Notes under the pieces: generated by a model
Databases searched by the model: none
What the model was told of the DNA's origin: nothing
What the model saw: only the letters and a program-made list of their open reading frames with translations
Position numbers and translations under genes: made by a program
Shown here: piece after piece, positions 37,515-45,649 of the stretch
Numbering within the stretch: the stretch's first letter is position 1
How the letters are laid out: every line of letters starts with the position of its first letter
From: Gaiellaceae bacterium
GTDB lineage: Bacteria; Actinomycetota; Thermoleophilia; Gaiellales; Gaiellaceae
DNA: 46,983 nt
NCBI GenBank assembly: GCA_036268235.1
Contig: DATAUN010000071.1
Coordinates: 1-46,983 of the forward strand
Direction of reading: 5' to 3'

Positions 37515-37756
37515 GACGCGACTCTATCGCGCCGGGCATGACGAGCCCGGGCGGAGTCGCGCGTGCCGTGCGGGCCGCCGCGGCGCGGACGCGGGCCGGT
37601 GGTCTTGCGCCACGGCCGCCAGATCGAATAGTCGCCGGGATCGACGCCCGGCTCGGGCTCCGCCTTGATCGCGTACCAGACGACGACGCCCAGGTAGACG
37701 ATCGGGATCTTCAGTACGAAGAACAGGAAGACAAAGCCCCACGCTTGGCCCGACAT
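37511..37756 (-). CDS. Small (81 aa) single-TM protein with a basic tail, unknown function
   Basis: ATG at 37756 (MSGQAWGFVFLFFVLKIPIVYLGVVVWYAI). The longer track version would overlap the MMPL promoter region. Confidence 0.45.
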   Translation of the reverse strand: MSGQAWGFVFLFFVLKIPIVYLGVVVWYAIKAEPEPGVDPGDYSIWRPWRKTTGPRPRRGGPHGTRDSARARHARRDRVAS

Positions 37757-37836
37757 TGAGTCAAAGTGTACGAGATCCGTTCCGCTTCCGGATTGCCTCC
37801 GGTCTGACCCCGGGGCCGCAGGTACAGTCGCCACGG

Positions 37837-39987
37837 ATGACGCGTCTGGCACATGTCGTCCTGCGGCACCGCAAGCTCGTCGTGGGCGTGTGGCTCGCGT
37901 TGACGCTCTTCGGGGCCTTCTCGGCGAGCCAGGTGTCGAAGCGCTGGTACCAGTCGTTCTCGATCCCCGGCTACTCGGCGTACGAGGCGAACCAGCGGAC
38001 GCTCAAGGCGTACGGCAGCGGCGAGGCGCCGCCGCTCGAGGCGATCGTCACCGTTCCCGGCGACGTCACGAAGACGGCGGGCGTCAAGCAGGCGCTTGCT
38101 GCAGCGGCGAAGGCGAGCCCGGACTCGCGCTCCAGTTCGTACTTCACGACGGGCAGCTCGTTGTACGTGTCAAAGGACCACCACACGACGTACGAGCAGG
38201 TGTTCCCGTCCGGTAACCCGGGCTTCAGCTCGTCGGTCGGAGACGACCCCATTCGCAAGGCGCTCTTCGCTGCGCTGCCACCGGGCGCCACCGGGCATGT
38301 GACGGGCTACGACGCGCTCGCCGAAGCGGCAACCAAAGGTGGTGGCAACGGCAGCCCGTCGGTGCTCGGCGAGACGCTGATCGGCGGCATCGGTGCACTC
38401 GTCATCCTGCTCTTCGTCTTCGGCACGCTGCCCGCGGTCGCGATGCCGTTGGCCACCGCGATCGCCGCGATCCTCAACACGTTCACGCTCGTGTGGCTGC
38501 TGACGTACATCACGAACGTGTCGATCATCGTGCAGTTCCTGATCGCCCTCGTCGGGCTCGGTGTCGCGATCGACTACGCGCTGTTGATCATCTTCCGCTT
38601 CCGCGAGGAGCTCCGTCACGGGCAATCGGTCGACGACGCGGTCGTCACGACGATGCGCCACGCAGGACGCTCCGTGATCGTCTCCGGCTCGACGGTCGCC
38701 GTCGGATTGCTCAGCATGGTCTTCCTGCCGCTGCCGTTCATCCGCTCGATCGGAATCGGCGGCCTGTTGATTCCCACGGTGTCAGTGATCGCGTCGATCA
38801 CGCTGCTGCCGGCGATGCTCGCGCTGCTCGGCACGCGCATCAACCGCGGCCGCGTGATGCCGAAGCGGATCGTCGAAGGCACCGACGCCGAAGCCGGCTT
38901 CTGGAACTGGTGGGCGAACGTCGTGCGCCGGCGCGCGCCGGTCACTGCGGCGATCGGCGTCGTCATCGTCGCCGCGCTGTTGATTCCCGGCGTGCAGCTC
39001 AATCCGAGCCAGGCACAGGCGAAGGACCTGCCGGGCGGCGGTGACGCGATCGCCGGCCGCACCGCGCTGACGAACGCCGGCTTCTCCGCAGGCGTCTACA
39101 CGCCGTACGAGGTGCTGCTCGAAGGGAACGTGACGAAGGCGAAGATCGCGCGCGTGACGGCGGACGTCGCGAAGGCAGACGGCGTCGACGGCGCGGTCGC
39201 GCCGAGCGCCTGGGCGCGTCAAGGAAAGGCGATCGTCGAGGCGGTGCCGAACGCCGACGGATCGTCGGGGACCACGAAGCGGGCGATCTCGCGCCTGCAG
39301 CACACGGTGCTGCCGGCCGCGGCCGCGGCAACCGGGCTGCGCGTCACGCTCGGCGGCGTCGCGGCGGAGAACGAGGACTTCGTGCACGCGGTCTACGGCA
39401 ACTTCCCGTACGTGCTCCTCTTCGTCGTGCTGCTGACGTACATCCTGCTCGCGCGCGCGTTCCGCTCGCTGCTGCTGCCGCTGAAGGCGGTCGTGCTGAA
39501 TCTCGTGTCGCTCGGCGCCGCCTACGGCATCGTCGTCTTCATCTTCCAGTGGGGGCACGGCTCGGAGGCGATCTGGAACGTGCCTGGGACAGGCGCGATC
39601 ATCTCGTGGATCCCACTGATGATCTTCGCGTTCCTGTACGGCCTCTCGATGGACTACGAGGTCTTCATGCTGACCCGGATGCGCGAGGCGTACGACGAGT
39701 CGGGCGACACGTCGAAGGCAATCGCGTACGGCCTGTCGCGCACCGGCAAGCTCGTGACGAGCGCGGCACTCGTGCTGTGCCTCGCGTTCTTCGTCCTCTC
39801 GACGAGCCCCGGTACGGACATCAAGCAGTTCGGGATCGGCCTCTCGGCGGGCGTCATCTTCGACGCGACGATCATCCGCGCGCTGCTCGTGCCGTCGATC
39901 ATGCAGCTGCTCGGTCGCTGGAACTGGTACTTCCCGCGGCCGGTGGCGCGCATCCTGCTCGCCGAGCCCGCGCTCGACCCGCAGTAG
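37837..39987 (+). CDS. MMPL/RND-superfamily transporter
   Basis: ATG at 37837 (MTRLAHVVLRHRKLVVGVWLAL). Two 6-TM bundles with two large extracytoplasmic loops. GLGVAIDYALLIIFRFREEL and GLSMDYEVFMLTRMREA motifs. Confidence 0.9.
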   Translation: MTRLAHVVLRHRKLVVGVWLALTLFGAFSASQVSKRWYQSFSIPGYSAYEANQRTLKAYGSGEAPPLEAIVTVPGDVTKTAGVKQALAAAAKASPDSRSSSYFTTGSSLYVSKDHHTTYEQVFPSGNPGFSSSVGDDPIRKALFAALPPGATGHVTGYDALAEAATKGGGNGSPSVLGETLIGGIGALVILLFVFGTLPAVAMPLATAIAAILNTFTLVWLLTYITNVSIIVQFLIALVGLGVAIDYALLIIFRFREELRHGQSVDDAVVTTMRHAGRSVIVSGSTVAVGLLSMVFLPLPFIRSIGIGGLLIPTVSVIASITLLPAMLALLGTRINRGRVMPKRIVEGTDAEAGFWNWWANVVRRRAPVTAAIGVVIVAALLIPGVQLNPSQAQAKDLPGGGDAIAGRTALTNAGFSAGVYTPYEVLLEGNVTKAKIARVTADVAKADGVDGAVAPSAWARQGKAIVEAVPNADGSSGTTKRAISRLQHTVLPAAAAATGLRVTLGGVAAENEDFVHAVYGNFPYVLLFVVLLTYILLARAFRSLLLPLKAVVLNLVSLGAAYGIVVFIFQWGHGSEAIWNVPGTGAIISWIPLMIFAFLYGLSMDYEVFMLTRMREAYDESGDTSKAIAYGLSRTGKLVTSAALVLCLAFFVLSTSPGTDIKQFGIGLSAGVIFDATIIRALLVPSIMQLLGRWNWYFPRPVARILLAEPALDPQ

Positions 39988-39992
39988 CTCGC

Positions 39993-40805
39993 TCAGAAGA
40001 GCAGGTAGCCGGACGGCGCCAGCGCCGACGGCGCCGCCGCGTCACGCGAGCAGAGCAGCAGCCCCGGAACGGCACCGAGCCGCAGCTGCGCGCGCAGCGC
40101 GACCTCGACGAGCTCAGGCGCCGAGCCGAAGACGCGGACGCGCACCGGGCCCGTCGCGCGCGCGAGCTCGGCGGCGAGCGCCAGCGCAGCGGCAGCCGGG
40201 GTCGCGCCGACGACCGGGCCGATGTCGCCACTCGGGAACGCGTACGAGTACGCATCGCCCCACGTCGTGCGGCGCGCCACCTGCGACCAGAGCGCGTGGT
40301 CGAGTACGCGATCGAAGCCGTACGCCGCCTCGTCAAGGGCGAGGATGTCGGCGTCTGCTTCGTCGAGCGCCGGCGCGTCGATGCCCGGCGTACCGGTGAA
40401 CGTGAGCACCGGCGTCGTCGGGATCAGCCCGCGGCGCGCGTAGAGCACGTTCGAGACGGGCTGGATCGCGTCGGTGATCGTACGCCGCCGCCGCGCGTCG
40501 CCCCAGACGGCGTCGAGCAGCGCCGGGCCCACGCCGCTCCCCTGCGCCGACGGAGCAACGAAGAGCGACGCGAGGAACCAGTCGTCGCCGCGCGTCCACG
40601 ACGTGCCGTACCCGATCAAGGCGCCATCGTCCTCGGCGGCGCACGAGACACCGGTAAGCAGCAGGTGCCCTTGTTGGCTGGAAAATGCCTCGAGGCTCGG
40701 AGTCGGCGGCTCGAAGCAGTGCCGGCGGAAGAGCTCGCCGGTCGCGACCAGGAAGATCGCGTGCATCGCGGGGAAGTCGGCGTCGGTCGTGGGACGAAGC
40801 TCCAC
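39993..40805 (-). CDS. GNAT-family N-acetyltransferase with a C-terminal extension
   Basis: LFVAPSAQGSGVGPALLDAV (Q/RxxGxG acetyl-CoA motif). 270 aa. Confidence 0.7.
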   Translation of the reverse strand: MELRPTTDADFPAMHAIFLVATGELFRRHCFEPPTPSLEAFSSQQGHLLLTGVSCAAEDDGALIGYGTSWTRGDDWFLASLFVAPSAQGSGVGPALLDAVWGDARRRRTITDAIQPVSNVLYARRGLIPTTPVLTFTGTPGIDAPALDEADADILALDEAAYGFDRVLDHALWSQVARRTTWGDAYSYAFPSGDIGPVVGATPAAAALALAAELARATGPVRVRVFGSAPELVEVALRAQLRLGAVPGLLLCSRDAAAPSALAPSGYLLF

Positions 40806-40823
40806 GACCGCGACGATAGATCA

Positions 40824-40907
40824 ACCCATCTGGAACTTGACGAGCAGGTACAGCGCGATCCCGAGCGCAACGCACACCGCGAGCGCGCTGATGAGCCGGC
40901 GTGGCAT
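40824..40907 (-). CDS. Candidate 27-aa TM micro-protein
   Basis: The ATG directly follows the TAG of the upstream gene (TAGATG on the - strand). Translation is MPRRLISALAVCVALGIALYLLVKFQMG*. It could be chance. Confidence 0.25.
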
Positions 40908-41336
40908 CTAGCCGGGACTGATCGTGAGCGTCAGCACGTCGGTGTTCGAGATCGGTGCCGTCCAGACCACCCAGAGCGCGTGCGCCTCGATCGTGGCCCA
41001 ACCGGACCCGACGCCGCCTCCCGACACCCACGCGGGCCCGGGCGAGCAGCTGATGAGGCCGTTGACGTCGCAGCCGTGCGCGGCGATCGAGAGGCTCGTG
41101 ATGATCCCGTTCACCTTGCAGTAGTTCACGACGACGTAGTGGTTGATGCTGACGAGGAACGCGACACTGGCCGAGTGGTTCGCCCGCTGCTGCGTGCAGC
41201 CGGTCCATCCGCTCGACCCGCCGTTACAGGTCGGGCCGCAGGCGACATGCGGGCTGGGCGGCGTCGTGGTGGCACCGGCCACACTTGCGCCGGCGAGCGC
41301 CGCGACGATCGCAACCAGCAGAAGCACTTTGCGCAC
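40908..41336 (-). CDS. Secreted Cys-rich protein, unknown function
   Basis: GGAGAG RBS plus GTG. Signal MRKVLLLVAIVAALAGASVAGA. 6 Cys in a ~120-aa mature part. Confidence 0.6.
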   Translation of the reverse strand: MRKVLLLVAIVAALAGASVAGATTTPPSPHVACGPTCNGGSSGWTGCTQQRANHSASVAFLVSINHYVVVNYCKVNGIITSLSIAAHGCDVNGLISCSPGPAWVSGGGVGSGWATIEAHALWVVWTAPISNTDVLTLTISPG

Positions 41337-41426
41337 GTGACTCTCCTTTCGTTGCCGTTTTAGGCAACGATACGTGGAGAGCGGTTACGTGTCTGCGCAG
41401 ACTTCGTGTCGAAAGCGTGAAATGCG

Positions 41427-41960
41427 TCAGTGGGCGTGGCGCGCGCGGTACGCGCTCACCTTGGCCCGGTTGCCGCAGCTCTCCATCGAGCACCAGGCGC
41501 GCGAGCGGTTCTTCGCCGTGTCGAGAAACGCCCAGCGGCAGTCGTCGGCGCGGCAGGCCTTCATACGCTCCCAGGTCCCGTCGCTCATCGCACGCGCGAC
41601 GTCGGCGAGGATCTGCCCGACCGCGCCGCGAGCGCCGCCGACGCCGGGGACGAGACGCATCTCACAGTCGACGAACCGCAGCGCGAGCTTCGCACGGCAA
41701 ATCGCGTCGTCGAGCTCGGCGCCGGCGGGCGCGATGTCGACGGCGATCTCGTTCTGCTCCGCGAGCAGGTCGCGGAGTGCCTCGCGCACGCGCTTCGCCT
41801 CCTCGAGGTCGGCAGTGCTCACGCGCGAGCCGGGCTCCAGCAACCCCCGGTCGACGAGCCAGTCGCCGAGGGCGCGCGGGGTTTCGAGCGTCTCCTGGTA
41901 GGGACGCAGGTCAACCGTGTTCACGAAATCGAGGATCAATTGATGGTCGTTTGTCACCAT
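41427..41960 (-). CDS. CGNR zinc-finger protein (ABATE N-terminal domain plus zf-CGNR), putative stress-responsive regulator
   Basis: N-terminal LDFVNT. C-terminal C...C(RW)F.D....R.WCSM..CGNRAK..AYR motif present verbatim (CRWAFLDTAKNRSRAWCSMESCGNRAKVSAYRAR). Confidence 0.9.
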   Translation of the reverse strand: MVTNDHQLILDFVNTVDLRPYQETLETPRALGDWLVDRGLLEPGSRVSTADLEEAKRVREALRDLLAEQNEIAVDIAPAGAELDDAICRAKLALRFVDCEMRLVPGVGGARGAVGQILADVARAMSDGTWERMKACRADDCRWAFLDTAKNRSRAWCSMESCGNRAKVSAYRARHAH

Positions 41961-41976
41961 TAACCTTGCTTCAGGG

Positions 41977-41986
41977 GTTACGTAAC
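41977..41986. promoter_or_regulatory. Perfect 10-bp palindrome GTTACGTAAC in the AT-rich divergent region between the CGNR gene and 42035..42415
   Basis: Read directly. A GGTTAC half-site recurs at 42005-42010, and GGTTACGT recurs at 41382-41389 downstream of the CGNR gene. Confidence 0.3.
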
Positions 41987-42034
41987 TGCTATCATCGTAT
42001 CACTGGTTACACGAATGGCAAAGGGAGGCAGGAC

Positions 42035-42415
42035 ATGCAGGACTACGAGATGCGGCGAATGTTCACACAGGATCGGATCGAGACCCTTCGGCGCGCTGCA
42101 GCCCGGCCGCTCGTGGCCCCGGCTCGGCGCATCGAGACGTCCGAGATCGAGCTTCGGCTCTGCAAGCCCTCCGACGACCCCGCGCTCGACGACCTGGCCG
42201 AACTCTCCGAGGAGCCCGTGCCGGACGGCAGGCTCGTCGTCGCACTCGTCGACGGCCGCCTCGTCGCTGCACTGCCGCTCGCCGGCGGGTGCGCGCTGCG
42301 CGACCCGTTCGTGCGGACGGCGCACCTGACGAGGCTGCTCGAGCTCCGCGCCAAGCAGCTCCGTGAGCCGGTGACGCAGCCCCGCGCGCTGCGGCTGCTC
42401 CGGCGGCATGCGTAA
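42035..42415 (+). CDS. Hypothetical protein (126 aa), divergent from the CGNR gene
   Basis: GGGAGG RBS 7 nt before the ATG. Pattern LVVALVDGRLVAALPLAGGCALRDPF.RTAHL..LLELRAKQL resembles small conserved actinobacterial proteins of unknown function. Confidence 0.6.
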   Translation: MQDYEMRRMFTQDRIETLRRAAARPLVAPARRIETSEIELRLCKPSDDPALDDLAELSEEPVPDGRLVVALVDGRLVAALPLAGGCALRDPFVRTAHLTRLLELRAKQLREPVTQPRALRLLRRHA

Positions 42416-42445
42416 CGCTCGGCTTCGCCGGTTATAGAACGACTC

Positions 42446-42709
42446 GTGCCCGAGACAATCACGGTCGACGTGCCCCGGCAGGGGATCGGCGACGAGCTGA
42501 CGACCGCGCTTGCGGCGCACGGGCTCGACGCCGAGGTGTTGGAGGAGGACGGCCGCTGTGCGCTCCGAATCCGGTTCGCCGCCAACGAGCTCGATCGCCT
42601 GCTCGACCACACCGTGCACGCGATCGAGCTCTACCTCTCCGATCGCATGCTGCCGCTCGTCGTGCAGCGCGCGAACGGCGGCGCGGTCGTGCGGCCGCCC
42701 GGAGACTAG
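42446..42709 (+). CDS. Hypothetical protein (87 aa)
   Basis: GTG start, high GC3, acidic. No motif recognised. Confidence 0.5.
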   Translation: MPETITVDVPRQGIGDELTTALAAHGLDAEVLEEDGRCALRIRFAANELDRLLDHTVHAIELYLSDRMLPLVVQRANGGAVVRPPGD

Positions 42710-43251
42710 AACAGCGAAAGCCCCGTGGAGGGGCTTTCGTCGATGGACCCAGGCGGGCTCGAACCGCCGACCTCCTGCGTGCCACGCAGGCGCTCTCCCA
42801 GCTGAGCTATGGGCCCCCGGAACCTCGCAAGTGTAGCCCCGAACTCATATTCATGAGCCCAGTTGATGAGCTTCTGCTGGTTGTTCCGTGACGGGGCCAA
42901 CCGAAGTTGCACGAGTGCACGGCCGACCGACATCTCGGGCGGAAGCAGATAGCACTGACGCAGCTCAGCGCAGTACGCAGCGATCACATCGATCTCGCCC
43001 TGCTTGTAATTGCGGTGGATCAACCCCTCCGGTCCGCGCCGACACCGACGCGTCCTGACCAGGACGACATCGCCGTGCTTCGCGGCCCACTTGCATTGAA
43101 CGCGCACGAGCTCCGGCCGCAAGTCGAGGATCAGGTCGTACCGCTCGTCGCCGAGCGGTTGGAACACTCCCAGGCCGTAGTGCAGCGCTTCGAAGACAAT
43201 TGCCTGCTCAGCAAGTACACCCTTCTGATCCGTCGTCAGCACCGACAACAA
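42706..43251 (-). CDS. PD-(D/E)XK endonuclease-like protein (group I intron-associated PDDEXK_5-like). The ORF continues in frame through tRNA-Ala.
   Basis: N-terminal TTDQKGVLAEQAIVFEALHYGLGVFQPLGDERYDLILD...LVRVQCK matches the G..AE...G..V..P.gd..yDLi.d...rvQvK pattern. Codon 146 starts exactly at tRNA nucleotide 1, and residues 146-181 (GPIAQLGERLRGTQEVGGSSPPGS...) are tRNA and terminator sequence. Sampled stretches are 52-63% GC. Confidence 0.55.
   Translation of the reverse strand: MLSVLTTDQKGVLAEQAIVFEALHYGLGVFQPLGDERYDLILDLRPELVRVQCKWAAKHGDVVLVRTRRCRRGPEGLIHRNYKQGEIDVIAAYCAELRQCYLLPPEMSVGRALVQLRLAPSRNNQQKLINWAHEYEFGATLARFRGPIAQLGERLRGTQEVGGSSPPGSIDESPSTGLSLF
42716..42738. terminator. 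Hairpin GAAAGCCCC-GTGGA-GGGGCTTTC (9-bp stem) between the 42446 gene and the tRNA 3' end. Bidirectional terminator candidate.
   Basis: Read directly. A GC-rich stem flanked by A/T runs in the stem base. Confidence 0.6.
42744..42816 (-). tRNA. tRNA-Ala (anticodon GGC), no encoded CCA
   Basis: The reverse complement GGGCCCATAGCTCAGCTGGGAGAGCGCCTGCGTGGCACGCAGGAGGTCGGCGGTTCGAGCCCGCCTGGGTCCA folds as a cloverleaf. It has a 7-bp acceptor stem with the G3:U70 Ala identity pair, D arm GCTC/GAGC, anticodon stem CCTGC/GCAGG with loop GTGGCAC, and a T arm GGCGG-TTCGAGC-CCGCC. Confidence 0.9.
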
Positions 43252-43287
43252 GGCTAGCGCCGCGACGAACGTCTGTCTGCTGGCTCT

Positions 43288-43644
43288 TTAAGCCGTGGCT
43301 GCTCCGACCGCTTCGTGCGGGACGTCGTCCCACAGCTCTTCGAGGCGGTAGTACTCGCGCGCGTCCGGAGTGAAGACGTGCAGGACGACGTCGATGTAGT
43401 CGGCGACGATCCAGCTCGCCTCCCGCTCGCCGTCGGCGCTCCGCGGGAGCAGGCCGTGATCGCGCTTCATCAGCGCGTGCACCTCGTCCCAGATCGACTT
43501 CGTCTGGCGCGGGTTGCCGCCCGTGGCCACGACGAAGTAGTCCGTGTAGGCACAGACGGGCTGCATGTCGAGGATGACGACGTCGCGGGCGAGCTTGTCC
43601 TGGGCAATTGCCGCGATTCGGCGTGCTTGTTCGAGAGGGCTCAA
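43288..43644 (-). CDS. rsfS: Ribosomal silencing factor RsfS (iojap)
   Basis: DVVILDMQPVCAYTDYFVVATGGNPRQTKSI and WIVADYIDVVLHVF. Follows nadD as usual. Confidence 0.9.
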   Translation of the reverse strand: MSPLEQARRIAAIAQDKLARDVVILDMQPVCAYTDYFVVATGGNPRQTKSIWDEVHALMKRDHGLLPRSADGEREASWIVADYIDVVLHVFTPDAREYYRLEELWDDVPHEAVGAATA

Positions 43645-43665
43645 GCGGTTCCAGTGTAGCCGTCG

Positions 43666-44205
43666 TCAGTGCGCATAGAGATGCTCGCGCCTGATGATCT
43701 CCGCGACGGCGGACGGCACGTCCTCGTCCGCGAAGGTGTCGCGGAGCTCGCGCGAGGCGACCGGGGTCGGCGCGATCTCGAAGAAGCGGACACGTTCGGG
43801 CTGGTCGAGCTGCGCGAGGACCGACTCGAGCTGTTCGCGCGGGAAGCCGGGTCGCGTCGCCACGCCGAGGAACGCGCGTGCGAGGACCTCGTTGGGCTCC
43901 TTCCACGAGAGGAAGTCGCAGAACTCGTCAGCGCCGACGAGGAAGATCGCGTCCTGCCACTCGGCGTGGTCGCGCAGCAGGTCGATCGTGCGCGCGTGGT
44001 CGTCGAGGACGACCTCGTCGTCGGGGAACGCCGCACGCGCGAGCTCGAGCCGCGTCTCCGCCGGCGTCGTCACGCGCTTGTGGCCCGGGTCCTTGGCCAC
44101 GAGGACGAGCAGCTGCGGCACGCCGAACTCTTCCTTCGCGCGGCGCGCCAGCTCGACGTGACCGCGATGTGGCGGGTCGAACGCGCCCCCAAAGAGCCCG
44201 GTCAT
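43666..44205 (-). CDS. nadD: Nicotinate-nucleotide adenylyltransferase
   Basis: GLFGGAFDPPHRGH (GxFxPxHxGH) and the ISST-like region. ATG at 44205 overlaps the obg stop (ATGA). Confidence 0.9.
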   Translation of the reverse strand: MTGLFGGAFDPPHRGHVELARRAKEEFGVPQLLVLVAKDPGHKRVTTPAETRLELARAAFPDDEVVLDDHARTIDLLRDHAEWQDAIFLVGADEFCDFLSWKEPNEVLARAFLGVATRPGFPREQLESVLAQLDQPERVRFFEIAPTPVASRELRDTFADEDVPSAVAEIIRREHLYAH

Positions 44206-45380
44206 GCGAGCTCGAACTCCTCGTCCCCCACCTCGACCGACGCGCCCTTCCGCGCGCCCGCCGCCTTGAGCGCGCGCTCGAGCTCCTCCTCCGGCGGCGG
44301 CGTGCCGAGCACGCGAAAGCCGCGCTCGACGCGCAGCAGCCGCCAGGTGCGCGCCTTCGGCTCCGGGCGGTAGACGAGGTAGTCGGCAAGCTCGTCCGCG
44401 CGCTCCTCCACCTCCGGCTCGGGAACGAGCGCGAAGAGGCGCTTGCGGAACTCGTCGATGCCCTCCCCGGTCGCGCACGAGAGCTTGAAGACGGCGATCA
44501 CGCGCGGATCGTCGATCGTGAAGACAGGATCGGGCTCGAGATCGATCTTGTTCAGCACGACGATCTGCGGCCGCTCATCGAGGCCGGCTCCGTACGCGCC
44601 GAGCTCGGCGTCGATCGTGCGCCACTGATCGTCGGGCGGCTGCGAAGCGTCGATCACGTGGACGAGCGTGCGCGCGCGTTCGAGATGCGCCAGGAACTCA
44701 TGACCGAGCCCGATGCCTTCGCTTGCTCCCTCGATCAGCCCCGGCACATCGGCGACGACCATCTGCCGGCCGTCCGGCGCCTCGACCGTGCCGAGCACCG
44801 GCTGCAGCGTCGTGAACGGATACTCGGCGACCTTCGGTCGCGCGTTCGAGATACGGGCGATCAACGACGACTTGCCGGCGTTCGGCAACCCGACGAGCGC
44901 CGCGTCCGCGAGCAGCTTCAGGTGCAGTTCGACGTCGAGCTCGTCCCCCGGCGGGCCGACCTCGGAGAAGCGGGGCACCTGCCGCGTCGACGACACGAAG
45001 CGCGCGTTGCCGCGCCCGCCCTGGCCGCCGCGCGCGAGCACGACGCGCGCCTGCGGATGCGCGAGATCGGCGACGAGGTCGCCGTCTTCCGAGAAGACCT
45101 GCGTCCCGACCGGCACGCGAACCTCGACGTCGTCACCGTCGGCGCCGTGCTTGCGCGCACCGCCGCCGTTCCCGCCGCGGCCGGCCTTGATCAGGCGCCG
45201 CCGCTGCAACGCGGACAGATCGCGGAGCGACGGGTCGGCGCGCAGCACGACGTCACCGCCGCGGCCGCCGTCGCCGCCGTCCGGGCCGCCCTTCGGCACG
45301 TACTTCTCGCGCCGAAACGACAGGCCGCCGTCGCCGCCCTTCCCGGCCTGGAGGTGAATCCGGGCCCGGTCGCTGAACAT
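44202..45380 (-). CDS. obg: GTPase Obg/CgtA
   Basis: Gly-rich Obg fold GKGGDGGLSFRREKYVPKGGPDGGDGGRGGDV. G1 GLPNAGKSSL, G3 DVPGLIEGA, G4 NKID. Confidence 0.95.
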   Translation of the reverse strand: MFSDRARIHLQAGKGGDGGLSFRREKYVPKGGPDGGDGGRGGDVVLRADPSLRDLSALQRRRLIKAGRGGNGGGARKHGADGDDVEVRVPVGTQVFSEDGDLVADLAHPQARVVLARGGQGGRGNARFVSSTRQVPRFSEVGPPGDELDVELHLKLLADAALVGLPNAGKSSLIARISNARPKVAEYPFTTLQPVLGTVEAPDGRQMVVADVPGLIEGASEGIGLGHEFLAHLERARTLVHVIDASQPPDDQWRTIDAELGAYGAGLDERPQIVVLNKIDLEPDPVFTIDDPRVIAVFKLSCATGEGIDEFRKRLFALVPEPEVEERADELADYLVYRPEPKARTWRLLRVERGFRVLGTPPPEEELERALKAAGARKGASVEVGDEEFELA

Positions 45381-45386
45381 CAGCGG

Positions 45387-45644
45387 CTAGGCCTGGGGCT
45401 CTTGCACCGACACGAAACGGCGCTCGCCGCTCGTGCGGAACTCGATCGTGCCTGCGCGCACGGCGAAGATCGTGTCGTCGCGGCCGATCTGCGTGCCGGG
45501 GCCGGGCCGGAACTTCGTGCCGCGCTGGCGGACGATGATGTTCCCGGGCACCGCTGCCTGGCCGCCGAACATCTTCACCCCGAGGTACTGGGGATTCGAG
45601 TCGCGACCGTTCTTCGAGGAGCCGAGTCCTTTTTTATGTGCCAT
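45387..45644 (-). CDS. rpmA: 50S ribosomal protein L27
   Basis: [24 protein letters not shown]...[14 protein letters not shown]. 85 aa from the ATG at 45644. Confidence 0.95.
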   Translation of the reverse strand: MAHKKGLGSSKNGRDSNPQYLGVKMFGGQAAVPGNIIVRQRGTKFRPGPGTQIGRDDTIFAVRAGTIEFRTSGERRFVSVQEPQA

Positions 45645-45649
45645 GCGGT

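Noticed and set aside
37756-37836. N-terminal 27 aa of the MMPL ORF as given in the track (MSQSVRDPFRF...)
   Set aside because: It would start on the same nucleotide as the divergent small gene. The MMPL family normally begins just before the first TM helix, so the ATG at 37837 (MTRLAHVVLRHRKLVVGVW) fits.
41350-41402. Hairpin CGTTGCC-N6-GGCAACG and palindrome GTCTGCGCAGAC downstream of the CGNR gene as terminators
   Set aside because: These are plausible stems, but neither is followed by a U-run on the transcribed strand. I left them as unscored observations rather than features.
27134-41986. Linking the GTAACAG-T-CTGTTAC palindromes at the macro-domain gene with the GTTACGTAAC palindrome at the CGNR locus as one regulon, via the shared GTTAC half-site
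   Set aside because: The shared element is only 5 nt, and the half-sites are arranged oppositely (everted versus inverted). This is too weak to claim a common regulator.
42706-42816. The 36-aa C-terminal tail of the PD-(D/E)XK ORF as a genuine protein domain
   Set aside because: The sequence GPIAQLGERLRGTQEVGGSSPPGS is simply the sense translation of tRNA-Ala, followed by the terminator hairpin. I treat it as read-through, not as an evolved domain.
43262-43280. Possible second LexA box upstream of the PD-(D/E)XK gene (CGAACGTCTGTCTG)
   Set aside because: Only the left half-site (GAAC) is intact. The right half is GTCT instead of GTTC (two mismatches), so it is not convincing without a PWM score.
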